A stretch of 53,389 bases of DNA from Nitrospiraceae bacterium (GTDB taxonomy: Bacteria > Nitrospirota > Nitrospiria > Nitrospirales > Nitrospiraceae), in NCBI GenBank assembly GCA_036000525.1, contig DASYVB010000125.1:1-53389 (forward strand). The letters run 5' to 3'. The position numbers were made by a program, and so were the translations under genes. The notes beneath the pieces are model-generated. The model saw only the letters and a list, made by a program, of their open reading frames with translations. It was not told the origin of the DNA and did not search any database. Positions 25,773-36,914 of the stretch are shown here, piece after piece; the stretch's first letter is position 1; every line of letters starts with the position of its first letter.

Positions 25773-26243
25773 CTAGCGTGGCGGTTTTGGGCTGTGCGGA
25801 TTAGACGGGGACTGAATGGGGAGCCGTTCGCCTGAGCCTTGGAACCATCCGCCGGTGAGGGTGCCTTCTTCAAAGTACAGATAGCGGTGTTTCACCACCG
25901 CGGCGCTTTCCCAATCTTCAAAAATCCATTCCTCGCGACGGATGCCTTCTTTGGTGAACGTTGTGTTGATCGTTTGTGGCCCTCCCCAGGCCTGTAACAC
26001 CTGTTCTTTCGACATGCCGACCATGACCCGATGTTCCACGATATGTTTTTGAAAGTCCGGGTCTCTGAGTTGTGCGATGAGCGGCCAGATCACCATGAGG
26101 AGAACAAACAGGCCAAGTCCTGCGTAGATGATAAGACGAACCGGGCGGCGGCGGATGAAAGGGATCGGTTCTTCCAGATCAGTTGGAGAGACGTTCATGG
26201 GTTCATGGATAATCACGGTGATTTGATGCATGATGCGGCGCAT
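25773..26243 (-). CDS. membrane-anchored hypothetical protein with a BamE/SmpA-like motif
   Basis: It has one TM helix (LIIYAGLGLFVLLMVIWPLIA) followed by GMSKEQVLQAWGGP. Confidence 0.45.
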   Translation of the reverse strand: MRRIMHQITVIIHEPMNVSPTDLEEPIPFIRRRPVRLIIYAGLGLFVLLMVIWPLIAQLRDPDFQKHIVEHRVMVGMSKEQVLQAWGGPQTINTTFTKEGIRREEWIFEDWESAAVVKHRYLYFEEGTLTGGWFQGSGERLPIQSPSNPHSPKPPR

Positions 26244-26366
26244 CGTAGCAACGTGATTTGGAGAGAGTCAAGTGAAGCTCCTGGTTTTCCCTTATTAATC
26301 AGCGTGATATAGGAAGTGCGCTATACTGGATTAGTGCAAGCGCTGTGGTGCTCAGGAGAGGTTGTG

Positions 26367-26933
26367 ATGGCTCCTGGATCGAAGCAGGGAAATAACCAGA
26401 GGCGATGGCTTCTTGCGATATGGCTCCTGGCCGTCACGGTGAGCCTCGTCATGCCACTGGCTTCAAATGAAGCGTTGGCGACTACGATGTATTCCTATAT
26501 CGATGAGCAAGGCACGCCCGTCATCACAGATAATTTCAACACGATTCCTGAACGGTACCGTGCAAGGGTCAGAACGACCGATCAAATATCGACTGCTCCT
26601 CAAACGGCTGGCACCATTCAGGAACGCTTGTCGAACTTGGGAAGTCAGCTTCGAGGTATGGTTTCCGGAGCCATCCCCAACATCTCCGGGCTCGCTCCTT
26701 CACAGTCGGAGATTCTGACCTATGCTGGTCTTGCGGCGATGGTCCTGCTCGTCGCCATGTACATGAGTAAAGGCCCAATGGTTCGCCTTCTGGCTTTGTG
26801 GTGTTTGATCATGCTCGGTCTTGCCACTCCAGTTTTGATGTACGTGTCGAAGGATGGCCCGATGGATGTGATGAAGTACAAAGCCTCTCAGGTCGAGAAA
26901 CAGCACCAAAACCGTGCCCAGCAGATTCCGTAA
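26367..26933 (+). CDS. DUF4124 domain membrane protein
   Basis: It has a signal/TM segment, then MYSYIDEQGTPVITDNFNTIPERYR (DUF4124 pattern), then two C-terminal TM helices. The ATG at 26367 lies behind an AGGAGAGG RBS. Confidence 0.55.
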   Translation: MAPGSKQGNNQRRWLLAIWLLAVTVSLVMPLASNEALATTMYSYIDEQGTPVITDNFNTIPERYRARVRTTDQISTAPQTAGTIQERLSNLGSQLRGMVSGAIPNISGLAPSQSEILTYAGLAAMVLLVAMYMSKGPMVRLLALWCLIMLGLATPVLMYVSKDGPMDVMKYKASQVEKQHQNRAQQIP

Positions 26934-26972
26934 CCCCCTTTAGAGATCCCCGAAACCAATCATCAATGTCGG

Positions 26973-27767
26973 CTAATCCGCATACTTGGGGACAGGTATC
27001 TTCTTGGCCGTGGGCGGCTCAGGAGCGAGCTTTTGCTGAGAGAATTCTCGCGAGTAGGGATTCAGGATGGGGTCATGGGTGTGTCGCTGGCGTTGCTTCA
27101 CAAGGTCGATACTTTGAGTGCTGATTTCCACTCGATCGACAAGCGCCTTTGTCGTGAGCGGGTCCGGCAGGCCTTGCAAAGAGAATAGCTGGTAAGCCAG
27201 AGTCCACTCCAGCTTGTCCCTGGTTGCCTCTTTCACAATAAATCGAGCCTGTGGTGATGCGACGCCCTTAAACAACAATAGCCAAATATTCGATCGGAAT
27301 GAGGGGGACGCCGGGTCCTCTGAAGGGTGAAATTCAGGGACGAGTGCGGGGATCTGGGCAAGTGGGACGGTGGGGGAGAATTCGATATCGACGAGCCGAA
27401 CGAATAACGTTCGATTCTCGGTTTCATCGTTGGGATCGACGGTGTAACTGAACGAGTATCGGACATCGATGCCATCACGTGTAAAGGTATAGACATCCTC
27501 GCCATTTTCCGGCGAAACGAGTTTCCGAAAATACTTCTCCCAATCGGTGATGGCGTAGTAGCTAAAGACGCGCAGCGCGGACTTCCGATCGCGCACCGCC
27601 TGCGGCATCCCGAGTTTTTGATGTAATTCCGGTTGTGTAAGTCCAAGGTACCCATCCTCAAAATAGGGTGCTGCGCGTACTGCAGAAGGCTGGAGCCAGA
27701 TGCCGGTGGACGATAAGAGAAGCAGCAAAGACGAGATGATGGTATGGATAGAAAGACGCAGGAACAC
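26973..27767 (-). CDS. secreted hypothetical protein
   Basis: A signal peptide, IISSLLLLLSSTGIWLQPSAVRA, is present. The protein is 264 aa. Confidence 0.5.
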   Translation of the reverse strand: MFLRLSIHTIISSLLLLLSSTGIWLQPSAVRAAPYFEDGYLGLTQPELHQKLGMPQAVRDRKSALRVFSYYAITDWEKYFRKLVSPENGEDVYTFTRDGIDVRYSFSYTVDPNDETENRTLFVRLVDIEFSPTVPLAQIPALVPEFHPSEDPASPSFRSNIWLLLFKGVASPQARFIVKEATRDKLEWTLAYQLFSLQGLPDPLTTKALVDRVEISTQSIDLVKQRQRHTHDPILNPYSREFSQQKLAPEPPTAKKIPVPKYAD

Positions 27768-27934
27768 GGTTTCTCTCCAGCTGGTAGCGGATCGTATCGG
27801 CGGCGTTCCCTCCTGTCAAGGCGCGACGATTAGGATGCGACGATCGGGATTGCTTGCTGGCATAAGAACCTGTCGGTTATGATGGCCGGACTTCCTTCAC
27901 CATCACAGCGGACTCGATCGCGGAGATAGGTCAT

Positions 27935-30900
27935 ATGAGTGGAGCGTTAGACGCCTTACTGAAGCAACGCATTCTGGTCCTCGATGGAGCTATGGGGACG
28001 ATGATCCAGCAGCGAAAACTGGATGAGGCCGCGTTTCGTGGCGAGCGGTTTAAGGATTGGAAGAAGAGTCAGAAAGGGCATAACGATCTGCTGAACCTCA
28101 CGCAGCCCGCCATTATCGAGGAGATCCATCGCCAGTACTTCGAGGCCGGTGCCGACATCGTGGAGACGAATACGTTCAATTCGCAAGCCATATCCCTCGC
28201 CGACTACGGCATGGAGTCGCTGGCCTATGAGATTGCGAGAGCCGGAGGGGAGTGTGCCAGACGTGCGGCGGAACAAGTCAAGATGGCAGTGCCTGGTCGA
28301 TCGTGCTTTGTGGCCGGGGCGATTGGACCCACGACGAAGACGTCGTCTATTTCGACCGATGTCAACAATTCGGCGGCGCGCGGCACCACCTATGACAAAC
28401 TGGTGACGGTCTACTATGAGCAGGTTCGTGGCTTAGTAGACGGCGGAGTCGATCTCTTATTGGTCGAAACCATCTTCGATACGCTCAATGCGAAAGCCGC
28501 GTTCTTTGCCATCGATAAGTTTTTCGATGATCGCCGCATTAGGCTCCCCCTCATGGCCTCGGTAACGTTTATTCAAGCCGGCAGCAATCGCGGAGTGACG
28601 GGCCAAACGATCGAAGCCTTTTGGAATTCCATTTCCCATGTCCCTTTACTTAGCGTCGGCATCAATTGCGCATTAGGCCCCAAGGAAATGCGCCCGTTGA
28701 TTGAAGAGCTCTCTCATCTGGCTCCGATCTCTGTGAGCTGTCACCCGAATGCAGGACTGCCGAACCCGCTACTTCCGACGGGATTTCCAGAGACACCAGA
28801 TAGCCTAGCGCCTCAATTGAGAGAATGGGCGCAGAATGGTTGGCTGAATATCGTCGGTGGCTGTTGTGGGACGACACCCGGACACATCAAGTTGATTGCC
28901 GAGGCTGTGCGAGGTCTTCCTCCGCGCGTCCCGCCGTCAGTCGAGCCTTATACCAAGCTCAGTGGGCTGGAAGCGGTCACGATTCGGCCGGAATCGAACT
29001 TTGTCAATATTGGCGAACGGACCAACGTCACTGGTTCACCGGCTTTTTCCAAACTGATTCTGGGAGGCGATTATGAAGCCGCGCTTACTGTGGCGCGACA
29101 ACAGGTCGAGGGCGGAGCCCAGATCATCGACATCAATATGGATGAAGGCATGCTGGACTCCCAGGTTGCCATGCAGAAATTCCTACGATTGGTGGCGTCG
29201 GAACCGGATATCTGTCGCGTCCCCATCATGGTGGATAGTTCGAAGTGGGACATATTGGAGACGGGTCTTAAGGAAATCCAAGGTAAGCCTGTCGTCAATA
29301 GCATCAGCCTGAAAGAGGGCGAAGCCAAGTTTCTTCAGCAGGCCAAATTGGTTCATCGCTATGGGGCTGCCGTAGTGGTGATGGCCTTCGATGAGCGAGG
29401 CCAGGCCGACACGTATGAGCGCAAGATTGAGGTTTGTGAGCGGGCCTATCGCCTCCTCACGGGGCGCATCGGCTTTCCAGCCCAGGACATCATCTTCGAT
29501 CCGAACATCCTTACGGTGGCGACCGGCATCGAGGAACATAATAATTACGCGGTGAACTTCCTCGAAGCCACGCGTTGGATCAAGCGGCATCTTCCGCTGG
29601 CGAAAGTCAGCGGCGGCGTCAGCAACATTTCCTTCTCTTTCCGCGGCAACAACCGCGTGCGCGAGGCGATGCACGCGGCATTCCTCTATCACGCCGTCAA
29701 GGCTGGTCTGGACATGGGAATTGTGAACGCCGGACAGCTGGCGGTGTACGAGGATATTCCCAAGGATCTTCTGGAGCTGGTCGAAGATGTGCTGCTGAAC
29801 CGCCGGCCGGATGCGACAGAACGATTGGTGACCTTTGCCGATACCGTCAAGCAACAGGGCAAAGCGGTGGTGAAAGACGATGAGTGGCGCTCGGGCACGG
29901 TCGAGGAGCGCCTCTCCCATGCACTGGTGAAAGGCGTGACCGATTACATCGAGCAGGACATCGAGGAAGCTCGACAGAAGTATGCCAAGCCGCTGCATGT
30001 GATCGAGGGGCCGCTGATGGCCGGTATGAACATCGTGGGGGATCTGTTCGGGTCCGGCAAGATGTTTTTGCCCCAAGTGGTCAAGAGCGCTAGGGTCATG
30101 AAGAAAGCTGTGGCTTACCTCATGCCATTTATGGAGGCTGAGAGGCAACAATCAGGTGCGTCGAGCTCGAATGGAAAGATCCTTCTTGCAACGGTCAAGG
30201 GCGATGTGCATGACATCGGGAAGAACATCGTCGGAGTTGTCCTGGGATGTAATAACTACGAGGTGATCGATCTTGGGGTGATGGTGCCCTGTGAAAAGAT
30301 CTTGGCGGCGGCGCGCGAGCATGGGGTAATGATCATAGGGTTGAGCGGACTCATTACTCCATCGCTTGATGAAATGGTGCATGTGGGACGCGAGTTGACG
30401 CGCGAGGGTTTTGACCTGCCTTTACTGATCGGCGGAGCCACCACGAGCAAAGCCCATACGGCCGTCAAGATCGCCCCGGCCTACAGTCACTCCGTGGTGC
30501 ATGTGTTGGATGCCTCCAGAGCAGTGGGCGTCGTCGGTAGTCTGGTAAATGCCGACTTGCGGGCTGACTTCGCCAAGAAGGTTCGCGCCGACTATGATCA
30601 GATACGTCAGACGCATCAGGACCGGGGGGGCAAGTCACTCTGGACGTTGGCGCAGGTGCGGGCCAATCGATTCCAATCCAATTGGGCTGAGGTCAACATA
30701 CCCATACCGGCCTTCATGGGGGTGAAGGTGGTGCCGCAGCAGCCGTTGGATCAGCTGATTCCCTATATCGATTGGTCGCCGTTCTTTCACACGTGGGAAT
30801 TGCGCGGACGCTACCCGACCATTCTGGAAGATCCTGTCGTGGGCTCGAAGGCCAAGGAGTTGTACGACGATGCATTGACCTTGCTCCGCAAGATTGTGGA

Positions 30901-31624
30901 TCAACGGCTATTCACCGCCAATGGGGTGTATGGGTTTTTCCACGCCAACAGCTTAGGAGACGATATTGAGATCTACACCGATGACCGTCGCACGACGGTC
31001 TTGACGATGTTCCACACCTTGCGCCAGCAATCGGAGAAGCCGCAAGGGCAGTGCAGTTTTGCGTTGGCGGATTTTGTCGCACCGAAAGAGTCCGGCCGCG
31101 CGGATTATGTCGGAGCCTTTGCCGTGACGACGGGAGTAGGGGTAGACGTTTTATGTCGAGAGTTTGAGCGCGACCACGACGACTACAATTCTATAATGGC
31201 CAAGGCGTTAGCAGACCGTTTGGCCGAAGCCTTTGCCGAGTGGCTCCATAAGCAGGCGCGTAAGGCATGGGGGTACGGCAAAGGAGAGAAGCTGTCGAGT
31301 GAGGATCTGATCCGTGAAAAGTATCGCGGTATCCGACCAGCGCCAGGCTACCCCGCCTGTCCTGACCACACAGAGAAACGGTTGCTCTTCGATCTCTTGT
31401 CCGTGGAACAGCACACAGGAATCACCCTGACTGAAAGCTTCGCGATGTGGCCTGCTGCCTCGGTCAGCGGGCTCTATTTCGCTCATCCGGAGGCCAAGTA
31501 TTTTGCCGTGGGGAAGATCGGAAAAGATCAGGTGCTCGACTATCAAGTGCGAAAAGGGATGCCCCTTTCAGCGCTGGAGCGATGGTTGGGGCCGAACCTG
31601 AACTATGAACCCACTGAAGGATAA
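27935..31624 (+). CDS. metH: cobalamin-dependent methionine synthase
   Basis: This 1229-aa protein has the Hcy-binding N-terminus ([13 protein letters not shown]), a pterin-binding domain, the B12-binding motif [11 protein letters not shown], and a C-terminal AdoMet activation domain. Confidence 0.95.
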   Translation: MSGALDALLKQRILVLDGAMGTMIQQRKLDEAAFRGERFKDWKKSQKGHNDLLNLTQPAIIEEIHRQYFEAGADIVETNTFNSQAISLADYGMESLAYEIARAGGECARRAAEQVKMAVPGRSCFVAGAIGPTTKTSSISTDVNNSAARGTTYDKLVTVYYEQVRGLVDGGVDLLLVETIFDTLNAKAAFFAIDKFFDDRRIRLPLMASVTFIQAGSNRGVTGQTIEAFWNSISHVPLLSVGINCALGPKEMRPLIEELSHLAPISVSCHPNAGLPNPLLPTGFPETPDSLAPQLREWAQNGWLNIVGGCCGTTPGHIKLIAEAVRGLPPRVPPSVEPYTKLSGLEAVTIRPESNFVNIGERTNVTGSPAFSKLILGGDYEAALTVARQQVEGGAQIIDINMDEGMLDSQVAMQKFLRLVASEPDICRVPIMVDSSKWDILETGLKEIQGKPVVNSISLKEGEAKFLQQAKLVHRYGAAVVVMAFDERGQADTYERKIEVCERAYRLLTGRIGFPAQDIIFDPNILTVATGIEEHNNYAVNFLEATRWIKRHLPLAKVSGGVSNISFSFRGNNRVREAMHAAFLYHAVKAGLDMGIVNAGQLAVYEDIPKDLLELVEDVLLNRRPDATERLVTFADTVKQQGKAVVKDDEWRSGTVEERLSHALVKGVTDYIEQDIEEARQKYAKPLHVIEGPLMAGMNIVGDLFGSGKMFLPQVVKSARVMKKAVAYLMPFMEAERQQSGASSSNGKILLATVKGDVHDIGKNIVGVVLGCNNYEVIDLGVMVPCEKILAAAREHGVMIIGLSGLITPSLDEMVHVGRELTREGFDLPLLIGGATTSKAHTAVKIAPAYSHSVVHVLDASRAVGVVGSLVNADLRADFAKKVRADYDQIRQTHQDRGGKSLWTLAQVRANRFQSNWAEVNIPIPAFMGVKVVPQQPLDQLIPYIDWSPFFHTWELRGRYPTILEDPVVGSKAKELYDDALTLLRKIVDQRLFTANGVYGFFHANSLGDDIEIYTDDRRTTVLTMFHTLRQQSEKPQGQCSFALADFVAPKESGRADYVGAFAVTTGVGVDVLCREFERDHDDYNSIMAKALADRLAEAFAEWLHKQARKAWGYGKGEKLSSEDLIREKYRGIRPAPGYPACPDHTEKRLLFDLLSVEQHTGITLTESFAMWPAASVSGLYFAHPEAKYFAVGKIGKDQVLDYQVRKGMPLSALERWLGPNLNYEPTEG

Positions 31625-31669
31625 GAGGCCAACGCCATAATGAGTGAGCGTCTCGACAACAAGGCCCGC

Positions 31670-32054
31670 TAGCAGGCTGCTGGAAAATCATTTCGGCACA
31701 GCACAACTTCGATGGCCTGTACGCTGGGACAAGGGAGATCGCCCGCAGGATACTCACAAAGGCCAGACTTCTCACCCGCCCACAACCCTGGCAGTTATAT
31801 CACCCGCCCGCCCTGAGTCTACCGAGACAGACTCTTCGCCCTGGGACGCGCCTTTTCCCAAACAAGGCCGCAGCGAGTGAAGAGGCGAGGAGGTACGTAC
31901 CGCAATTCGTGTGAGCCGTTCGCCCTTTGAATAAATCTTGGCGAACGGAAAAGCCCCTCCAGTGATTTCGACATCCGAGTGGCTCTGCTCGCGGTACGTT
32001 GAGCCTTTACGCGCGGCGAGAACGCCGCTGGCGGACTTTTTCAGCATCCTACTA
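31670..32054. repeat. composite cluster of nested MITE/REP-like elements (families D, B, A)
   Basis: TAGCAGGCTGCTGGAAAATCATTTCGGCACAGCA (D), GCAGGATACTCACAAAGGCCAGAC..CACCCGCCCA (B), and CAAGGCCGCAGCGAG...GCTGGCGGACTTTTTCAGCATCCTACTA (A). The D and B parts are in inverted orientation relative to 2533-2694. Confidence 0.8.
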
Positions 32055-32570
32055 GGAGACCTCTGCCAATACGGTGTGTTGGACGGGTCTCCCGATCGCC
32101 GCGGTCAGTGCCGACTTCACCCACCGATATCGTTCTTCTGCCCAGCGATTCACGTCCTCTGAATCGGTAAAAACCAGCTCCCAGGCTTTGGCGGCGTCCA
32201 GCATCAGCAACTGGTGTGGGTGATTATTGCCGGACACATAGACGACGAGCACGGCAGATTTGCCGGTGAGGCTGATATCCGTAAACACGTGCAGCATGGC
32301 CCCATCCGGCAAGGTGATGTCGCGAGACGCGGCCTCAACGAGGGGATGGTACAGCCGCTGAAGAAATTGGGACGTCACTTCGTAGGCGTTGGTCGTACTT
32401 AAAAGGCGGGGATTTGGTTTTTCTCCAAACAGGTTCTCGGTCAGATAGGTCGCAGCCTCCCAGGTCGGCATGACTCCGGATGTGACTAAGGATTCGCACA
32501 GATAGGCGATCCAATTGCGTGTCGCCGCCTGTTTGCGTGCCGCTGTTGCCTTCTTTGCCATGATCGGCAA
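32052..32570 (-). CDS. hypothetical protein
   Basis: This 172-aa ORF has its TAG stop formed by the repeat terminus. I recognised no motif. Confidence 0.45.
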   Translation of the reverse strand: MPIMAKKATAARKQAATRNWIAYLCESLVTSGVMPTWEAATYLTENLFGEKPNPRLLSTTNAYEVTSQFLQRLYHPLVEAASRDITLPDGAMLHVFTDISLTGKSAVLVVYVSGNNHPHQLLMLDAAKAWELVFTDSEDVNRWAEERYRWVKSALTAAIGRPVQHTVLAEVS

Positions 32571-32696
32571 TCCTTTCGCGAACGTGAAATATTGTGGGTA
32601 CAGGGCCTGAGAATCTGTGCGTGAGTCTGAATCTGACGAGATGAGGAAAGTATATCGATGAGTGGAAAACTGGTCAACGAAATGACGAAAAGGTTC

Positions 32697-33854
32697 CTAA
32701 GACTCCCGAATCATTTTGCGCAGTGATTGGTCGGCATACTTGTCATAGATCTGCTTGATGTCGTTCAACGAGGTGAAGAAGACGTCGAGGAGCTCTGGGT
32801 CGAAGTGTTCCCCCCGATGTTTGGTCATGAGATCGACGGCGTGATCGAGGGAGAAGGCGGGCTTGTAGACCCGTTGTGTGGTGAGGGCATCGAAGGCATC
32901 GGCGATCGCGGCGATCCGTCCTTCCAAGGGAATCGCTTCGCCCTTCAACTTGCGAGGATATCCGTTGCCATCCCACCGCTCATGGTGGGTCCAGGCGATC
33001 GATGCCGCGACTTTGAGGATCTCCGCATCCGATCCACTGAGAATACGATAGCCGATCTCCGCATGTTGAGAGATGACGTTGAATTCTTCCGGCGTGAACT
33101 TGCCGGGCTTGAGGAGTACATGATCCGGCGTGCCGATTTTTCCGATGTCGTGCATCGGACTGGCGGTGCGGATCAAATCACACCGTTCGGAGGTCAGCCC
33201 ATACTTCCTGGCGAGCAATTCACAGTAATGACTCATGCGTTGAATGTGCTGCGCCGTAGCACTGTCCCGGTATTCGGCGGCGATGGCGAGTCGTTGAATC
33301 GTTTCTTCTCGTGAGAGACGCAGCTCCTTTTCGCTTAGCTCGAGCCACTCGAGCGCTTGCTGTAGAGCCATCGTTCTGGTTTTGACGACATCTTCCAGGT
33401 TCTCCATGTGCAGGCGATTTTCAATTTCAAGACGGCGGCGGCGGAGCGCATTGGCTACATCGATCATAACTTCATTCGACTCGAACGGCTTGACGATGTA
33501 CCCAAAGGCGCCCATGTCCAGCGCTGCGTTCGCTAGTACCGAGCTGTCGAGGCCGGTCACCATGATGACGGCGGTGTGAGGATGCTGACTCAGGATATCG
33601 CGGACTAGATCCATGCCCGACTCACCGGGCATATTCACATCGCACAACATCAACGCAAAGGGTTGTACGTCTAACTGTGCCCGTGCCTCACGCGCATCGG
33701 ACGCGAGGACCGTCTCATACCCATGGGTTTGAAGCATGTATCCCAGCAGCCGGCGGATCGGTTCTTCGTCGTCGATGATCAGAACGCGCTTGAGTTCGAG
33801 GAGGGATTGATGGGCAGATTGGTCAAGAAGCAGCGTCATGATTTGTGAGTCCAC
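32697..33854 (-). CDS. response regulator with HD-GYP phosphodiesterase domain (RpfG family)
   Basis: A REC domain (VLIIDDEEP...CDVNMPGESG...KP) is followed by HD-GYP motifs (HDIGK, HHERWDGNGYP). Confidence 0.85.
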   Translation of the reverse strand: MDSQIMTLLLDQSAHQSLLELKRVLIIDDEEPIRRLLGYMLQTHGYETVLASDAREARAQLDVQPFALMLCDVNMPGESGMDLVRDILSQHPHTAVIMVTGLDSSVLANAALDMGAFGYIVKPFESNEVMIDVANALRRRRLEIENRLHMENLEDVVKTRTMALQQALEWLELSEKELRLSREETIQRLAIAAEYRDSATAQHIQRMSHYCELLARKYGLTSERCDLIRTASPMHDIGKIGTPDHVLLKPGKFTPEEFNVISQHAEIGYRILSGSDAEILKVAASIAWTHHERWDGNGYPRKLKGEAIPLEGRIAAIADAFDALTTQRVYKPAFSLDHAVDLMTKHRGEHFDPELLDVFFTSLNDIKQIYDKYADQSLRKMIRES

Positions 33855-33875
33855 ATTATACGAAGAAGGAAACTG

Positions 33876-34074
33876 TCGAACCCGTATTATTCATGAGCAC
33901 TTCTGCTGCAATCGCTGAGCCGCGTCGCGAGGCCGGCGCGCGGAGCCGGGAGGACCCGAGGCGCACTCGTGCAGTACGATGAGGGTCCGAGGGGCGAGTC
34001 CGCTGGCCGAAGGATCGTTGTAGCAGCGGATCGGCGATTGCAGCAGAAGTGTTCATGAGTAATGCGGGCTAAGC
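33876..34074. repeat. roughly 200-bp palindromic MITE-like element (family F)
   Basis: About 45-bp terminal inverted repeats: CCCGTATTATTCATGAGCACTTCTGCTGCAATCGC ... GCGATTGCAGCAGAAGTGTTCATGAGTAATGCGGGCTAAGC. Confidence 0.8.
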
Positions 34075-34428
34075 TCAGTGGATGCTCGTTTGTGTCACGA
34101 TGTTCAGAGGTCTCAAGAGAACTGTACGGTCATGTGCACCTTTTGTGCCAATATATTGTGAAAAGTTGCACGTTGTGGGCCTCTCACACGAGGACGTCTT
34201 CTTAGACGAGAAGCAGTGGGATGCCGCGCTACGACAGTATTTTCACGGGTGCAGTCGCATCATTGCTCGAGGTCCAAGTGGGTCATGCGTTTGGAGTGAG
34301 CACATACCTGTACAGATTTAGCCGTTCTCACCGCGTACTTTTGTACAAATTGATCGTCGTGAAAGATCGAAGGCGCGCGCTATTCTCTGTAGCCTCCAAG
34401 AGCTGACTGGGGTACCAGGCCTGTTTCA

Positions 34429-34457
34429 TTGCGCTTTCGCAGGGCCTTCACTATAAT
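34429..34457 (+). promoter_or_regulatory. sigma70-type promoter upstream of rph
   Basis: TTGCGC, a 17-nt spacer, then TATAAT, ending 27 nt before the rph ATG. An AGGAG RBS lies between them. Confidence 0.5.
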
Positions 34458-34484
34458 TCGCGACATCATGAACAGGAGTCAGCA

Positions 34485-35228
34485 ATGAGTAGTGCAGCGG
34501 GATTATTGCGTGCTGATGGGCGACGAAAAGATCAGCTTCGTCCTGTGAAAGTGACGCGGAACTTCATTAAGCATGCGGAAGGATCTGTCCTGATCGAAAT
34601 GGGTGACACCAAAGTGATATGTGCAGCCTCGATTGAGGAGAAGGTGCCTCCCTTTCTAAAGGGAAAAGGGCAAGGATGGGTGACGGCAGAGTATTCGATG
34701 CTCCCCCGCTCGACCCACGAGCGATCCCCGCGTGAAGCAGTCAAAGGGAAACAGGCTGGCAGGACATTGGAGATTCAACGCCTTGTGGGGCGAGCTCTCC
34801 GTGCAGTGACCGATATGGGCCAGATGGGAGAGCGGTCGATCTGGCTCGACTGCGACGTCATCCAGGCCGACGGAGGGACCAGAACGGCTTCTATTACAGG
34901 AGCGTTCATCGCCTTGGCCGACGCGTTTGCCGTCCTCAAGAAGCGGGGCCTGATTAAAAAACGTCCTTTGACGGACTACCTTGCTGCCATTAGCGTAGGA
35001 AAAGTGGGTGGGGAAATCCTCGTCGACCTGGCCTATACAGAAGACTCCATGGCCGATGTCGACAGGAATGTGGTCATGACCGGCCAAGGGCGCTATGTCG
35101 AAGTCCAGGGCACAGCGGAACGGACCCCCTTTGCCAAACAGGAAATGGATGAGTTCATGGCGATGGGATGGAGCGGGATTCAGACCCTCACCGCGCTGCA
35201 GAAGGATCTGATCGGGGAATTGGAGTAG
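34485..35228 (+). CDS. rph: ribonuclease PH
   Basis: The motifs [36 protein letters not shown] and [19 protein letters not shown] are canonical RNase PH signatures. Confidence 0.9.
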   Translation: MSSAAGLLRADGRRKDQLRPVKVTRNFIKHAEGSVLIEMGDTKVICAASIEEKVPPFLKGKGQGWVTAEYSMLPRSTHERSPREAVKGKQAGRTLEIQRLVGRALRAVTDMGQMGERSIWLDCDVIQADGGTRTASITGAFIALADAFAVLKKRGLIKKRPLTDYLAAISVGKVGGEILVDLAYTEDSMADVDRNVVMTGQGRYVEVQGTAERTPFAKQEMDEFMAMGWSGIQTLTALQKDLIGELE

Positions 35229-35238
35229 GGAATAGACG

Positions 35239-35844
35239 ATGATGCGTGAATTGGTGCTCGCGACTCGCAATCGCAATAAAGTTATAGAACTTGTTGCGCT
35301 CTTAGGCGATCTGGGCATCACGATTCGTACACTCGATGAATTCCCGGATGCCCCGGACGTGGTCGAAGACGGGGACACCTGCGAGGCCAATGCAGTGAAG
35401 AAAGCGCGTGTCATTGCCGAATTCACGGGCTTGCCGGCTGTCGCCGACGATACAGGGCTGGAGGTGGATGCGCTCGGTGGGCGGCCAGGTGTCTATGCGG
35501 CCCGTTATGCCGGTGAAGACGCAACCTACGAAGACAACTGTCGAAAGTTGCTACGGGAATTGATGGGCGTGCCTCGTGAACAGCGAACCGCTCGCTTTCT
35601 GACTGTCGCAGCGATCGCCCTCCCTTCAGACGGAATACGGGTGGCACGAGGAATGTTGGAGGGAGTGATTGCAGAAGAGGCGAGTGGGACGTTAGGATTC
35701 GGGTATGATCCTGTGTTCCAAATTCCAGAATTAGGGATGACCTTGGCGCAATTGTCGGTGGATCAAAAAAACACGATCAGTCATCGCGCCAAAGCGTTTG
35801 CGAAGGTGCGGAAGATGCTAAGTGCATCAATGATAAATGTGTAA
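35239..35844 (+). CDS. rdgB: non-canonical purine NTP pyrophosphatase (RdgB/HAM1)
   Basis: The motifs [38 protein letters not shown]-like, FGYDPVF and SHRAKAF are present. The rph-rdgB pairing is typical. Confidence 0.9.
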   Translation: [201 protein letters not shown]

Positions 35845-35935
35845 TGATGCAGGATTAATTGCTGAGGGAGGTAAGAATCGACTCTTCATCTTCATTCACC
35901 ATTGAACATTCAACACTACTCATTCCTGTGTGCGT

Positions 35936-35982
35936 AATGTCGGGGCGTAGCGCAGGCCGATAGCGCGCCTGCTTTGGGATCA
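35936..35982 (+). repeat. attL-like copy of the tRNA-Pro 5' half
   Basis: AATGTCGGGGCGTAGCGCAGGCCGATAGCGCGCCTGCTTTGGGA matches the 5 nt upstream plus the first 42 nt of tRNA-Pro at 40445, with 2 mismatches. The match ends in the anticodon loop. Confidence 0.8.
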
Positions 35983-36372
35983 TAGAAAAGGAATTGCTGA
36001 AGTCCTTGATAGGAGCAGCAATCACCTTTCATTATGCGGTGTTCAGCCTCTCGCCTCTTTGTTTCTCTTTGACGCTCTCTGCCTCCATTCAGCCTGGTTT
36101 GTGCATCCCGCTAACACTGTATTAAGTATTTACTCCAAAAAGAAATTCATATTTTGTGCGCCAGGAAAGGGGGGGCGGCTTTCCCTGACTGGCGGGGGCC
36201 AATGTGAGGACTCCGACTTGTACGACAACGCATACGCATCGTGTGGTACCTGTGCAGAACAAGAGGGGAGTGGGCATCCCGCGTTCCGCAACCTAACAGG
36301 CTGCGGAAAAACTATTGTGGCACGGTAGAAATTCAATGGTCTGCACGTCTAGGACAAACAGGAGAACCGCGC

Positions 36373-36498
36373 GCAGGATGCTCAAAAAGGCCGTCCAGCA
36401 AGGCCGCAGCGAGCGAAGAGGCGAAGGGTACGCTTCGGGACGTTGAGCTTCTGAGCGAAACGAGAACGATGCTGGCGGACTTGTTCAGCATCCTGCTA
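36373..36498. repeat. 126-bp MITE-like hairpin element (family A) inside the island
   Basis: GCAGGATGCTCAAAAAGGCCGTCCAGCAAGGCCGCAGCGAGCGAAGAGG...GCTGGCGGACTTGTTCAGCATCCTGCTA. Confidence 0.85.
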
Positions 36499-36898
36499 AC
36501 CCACCTCATAACCGGCAGCGATGTACTCTATGTCAAGCTGTACCGCACCCTTGGTAACGGCATCCTTGAGCGCAGCGTGGCTGGACAAGGGGAATCCAGC
36601 GATATCCGAGATTCTTCGTGCTACTCCAGCTGTTACCTACGTATCTATTCTCAATATAGGGCGTGATGTTTATCGATGACTCGCGCAGCGATGGCCGCCA
36701 GTTCTGTGGGGGGCGAGTTTGTCAGCTATAGCCGCGGACTGCTTTGGCGGCCCTGCCGTGCCAATTTCTTCCTTCTGCCACGCCAATTTCTGTCCTTCTG
36801 CCGCTCTGGCAGGGCAGCCCCTTGGCCATTCCAGGCAACGAAGGTGCCAAGCACCTGGATTGTTGTGGGTATTAGCCACACCGGATCGTGGTGCATAG

Positions 36899-36914
36899 TG
36901 GCACGGCGATTGCG
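36899..36914 (+). promoter_or_regulatory. sigma54-type -24/-12 promoter-like element
   Basis: TGGCACGGCGATTGCG has the form TGGCAC-N5-TTGC. It is intergenic and lies upstream of small + strand ORFs at 36987 and 37094. Confidence 0.35.

Noticed and set aside
27768-27934. Possible riboswitch (cobalamin/SAM/SAH) in the metH leader
   Set aside because: I could not find a B12 box (GCCACTG-like) or recognisable SAM/SAH riboswitch core sequences by eye. A covariance-model scan (Rfam/Infernal) would be needed to settle this.
29183-30151. 322-aa ORF on the minus strand
   Set aside because: It lies inside and antisense to metH, so it is a shadow ORF.
34076-34428. Roughly 350-nt lower-GC non-coding stretch upstream of rph, considered as a possible ncRNA or decayed gene
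   Set aside because: I could not identify a convincing ORF, conserved structure or repeat match by eye. Only the promoter-like TTGCGC-N17-TATAAT at its 3' end is reported.
34656-35426. 256-aa ORF on the minus strand
   Set aside because: It is antisense to both rph and rdgB, which are unambiguous.
36241-36666. ORFs reading through repeat elements (also 20040-20459, 2412-2705, 31464-31775, 31772-32047, 18147-18380)
   Set aside because: The same pseudo-peptides (LADFFSILL, MLKKSAS, LCCAEM.FQ.P) appear wherever a repeat copy occurs, in either orientation. This is repeated DNA, not a protein family.
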